This document shows, piece after piece, positions 62,696 to 64,000 of a DNA stretch of 64,000 bases; position 1 is the first letter of the stretch, and each line of letters starts with the position of its first letter. The position numbers and the translations under genes are program-made. The stretch is from Octopus sinensis (lineage: Eukaryota). The notes under the pieces were generated by a model. The model saw only the letters and a list, made by a program, of their open reading frames with translations, did no database searches and was not told where the DNA came from. Where the stretch lies: the NCBI RefSeq assembly GCF_006345805.1, contig NC_042997.1, forward strand, positions 76,570,001 to 76,634,000. Direction: 5' to 3'.

Positions 62696-63760
62696 GAGAA
62701 TGGGCCCCAACTATGCAAACCTATTTGTTGGCTATGTTGAGGCCCAAATATTCTCAAGTTTCACTGATCCCACTCCTGATCTATAAGGTCATTATATTGA
62801 TGATTCTATCGGTGCGACCTCACTCTTCTTCAAACATCTAGACTCTTTCCCCTCTTTTGTCAAATCTTTCCATCCTGCCCTCCACTTCTGCACTATTTCC
62901 GACACCTGAGTTACCTTTCTCGACATTTTGGTTAGCATTCATCACACCACTCTCACCACCTCAATCTACTACAAACACACAAACTCACACTTATACCTTA
63001 ACTTCTCCTCCTCGCCCTAAAAACACCAAGCTCTCCATCCCATATTCCCAATTCTTCTGTCTACGCAAGCTCTGCAGTGACAACCATGACTTTTAGACTC
63101 AGTCTCAACTCATGGCTCACCACTTCATCCTACGTGGATGTCCCCTCACCAATATCCACACTGCCCTTGCCGGAGCATGTTCCGTGGACTGTGCATCTGC
63201 TCTCTCCCCCCGCACCCACCCCACCGTCTCCTGTTTCCCCTAACCTACCACCCCACCACCCTACCTCTCCAATGCACCATACTCCGAGCCTTCTGGCGAC
63301 TCCAGTCCGACTCTTCCACTTCGCACATCTTCCCTAACCCAACCTTCCAACCCGGCTCATTCTCCTGCTCCCACCCATACTGCTGCACTTGTCCTTACCT
63401 CTCCAACACCACCTTCACAGGCACCCATCATCGGCACTATCATACTGACTCCTTCACCTGCACTTCTAGCAATGTCATCTACTGCATCGCCTGCTCTCTC
63501 TGTCCTCTATACATCAGTCAAACGGGATGCTGCTTGGCTGACCAGTTCGCAGAACACCTCCAAGACATCCAACTCGGCAACAACACCCTGGTCTTGCACC
63601 ATTTCCACTTTACTGGTCACTCTTTACAACACCTCTCTGTGTTCATATTGTCCTTGCACAGGGGCCATCTGGACACCCGTCTTCGCTGTGAGCAGGGATT
63701 AATCTTCTCTCTTCGCTCCTTTGCACCACATGGGCTCAACTCTCCTCCCCTCTTCATCTA
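62695..63760 (+). mobile_element. Penelope-like element (RT C-terminal half plus GIY-YIG), degenerate, followed by a C/T-rich tail to the window end
   Basis: TRMGPNYANLFVGYVE, YIDD, SFTCTSSNVIYCIAC..YISQTG..LADQFAEH..EQGLIFSL..PHGLN. Confidence 0.88.
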
Positions 63761-64000
63761 ACCCTCCTCCTCTCTTCCTCCCACCCACCTCTCCTCTCTT
63801 GCTCTGGCACCTACTTCCTCTCTTCACTCCTACTCACCTCCCTTCCACCCTCTCCCTTCATCATCACTCCTCCCTTTTTACTCCATCCTACACATTCCAA
63901 CCCCACCATCCCTATACATCCCATCCCACTCCACCCCATCCCTTAGACCCCACTCTTGCTTCGCCAACTCTCGCCTCCCCCACACCCCAACACCACCACA

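Overview
AT-rich, repeat-saturated eukaryotic genomic DNA. The SINE and RTE-tail families look like Octopus/coleoid cephalopod repeats (recognised from memory, not database-checked). The whole window lies inside one + strand gene, a MEGF8 orthologue. Five internal coding exons (kelch repeats then PSI-type Cys-rich modules) join in frame with canonical AG/GT sites across introns of about 25.9, 15.3, 14.7 and 0.6 kb. The introns hold many transposon remnants: at least five Penelope-like (GIY-YIG) insertions, RTE, CR1, Tx1/L1, HERO-like and R4/Dong LINEs (one near intact, in a TAA microsatellite), a Ty3/gypsy remnant, Tc1/mariner-type DNA transposons, tRNA-derived SINEs and many microsatellites. 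The least explained element is a 2.5-kb GC/CpG-rich hierarchical tandem array (17596-20060). Each unit starts at a TAT(N)AGGG promoter-like motif and carries recurrent hairpins, and the array abuts a 5'-truncated Penelope-like element. Also notable are several minimal hammerhead-ribozyme motifs with palindromic helix III in Penelope termini (one downstream of a tRNA-like cassette), several long intronic foldbacks, and an ORF1-only (HAL1-like) element containing a near-perfect 54-nt hairpin. All coordinates and alignments were read by eye.
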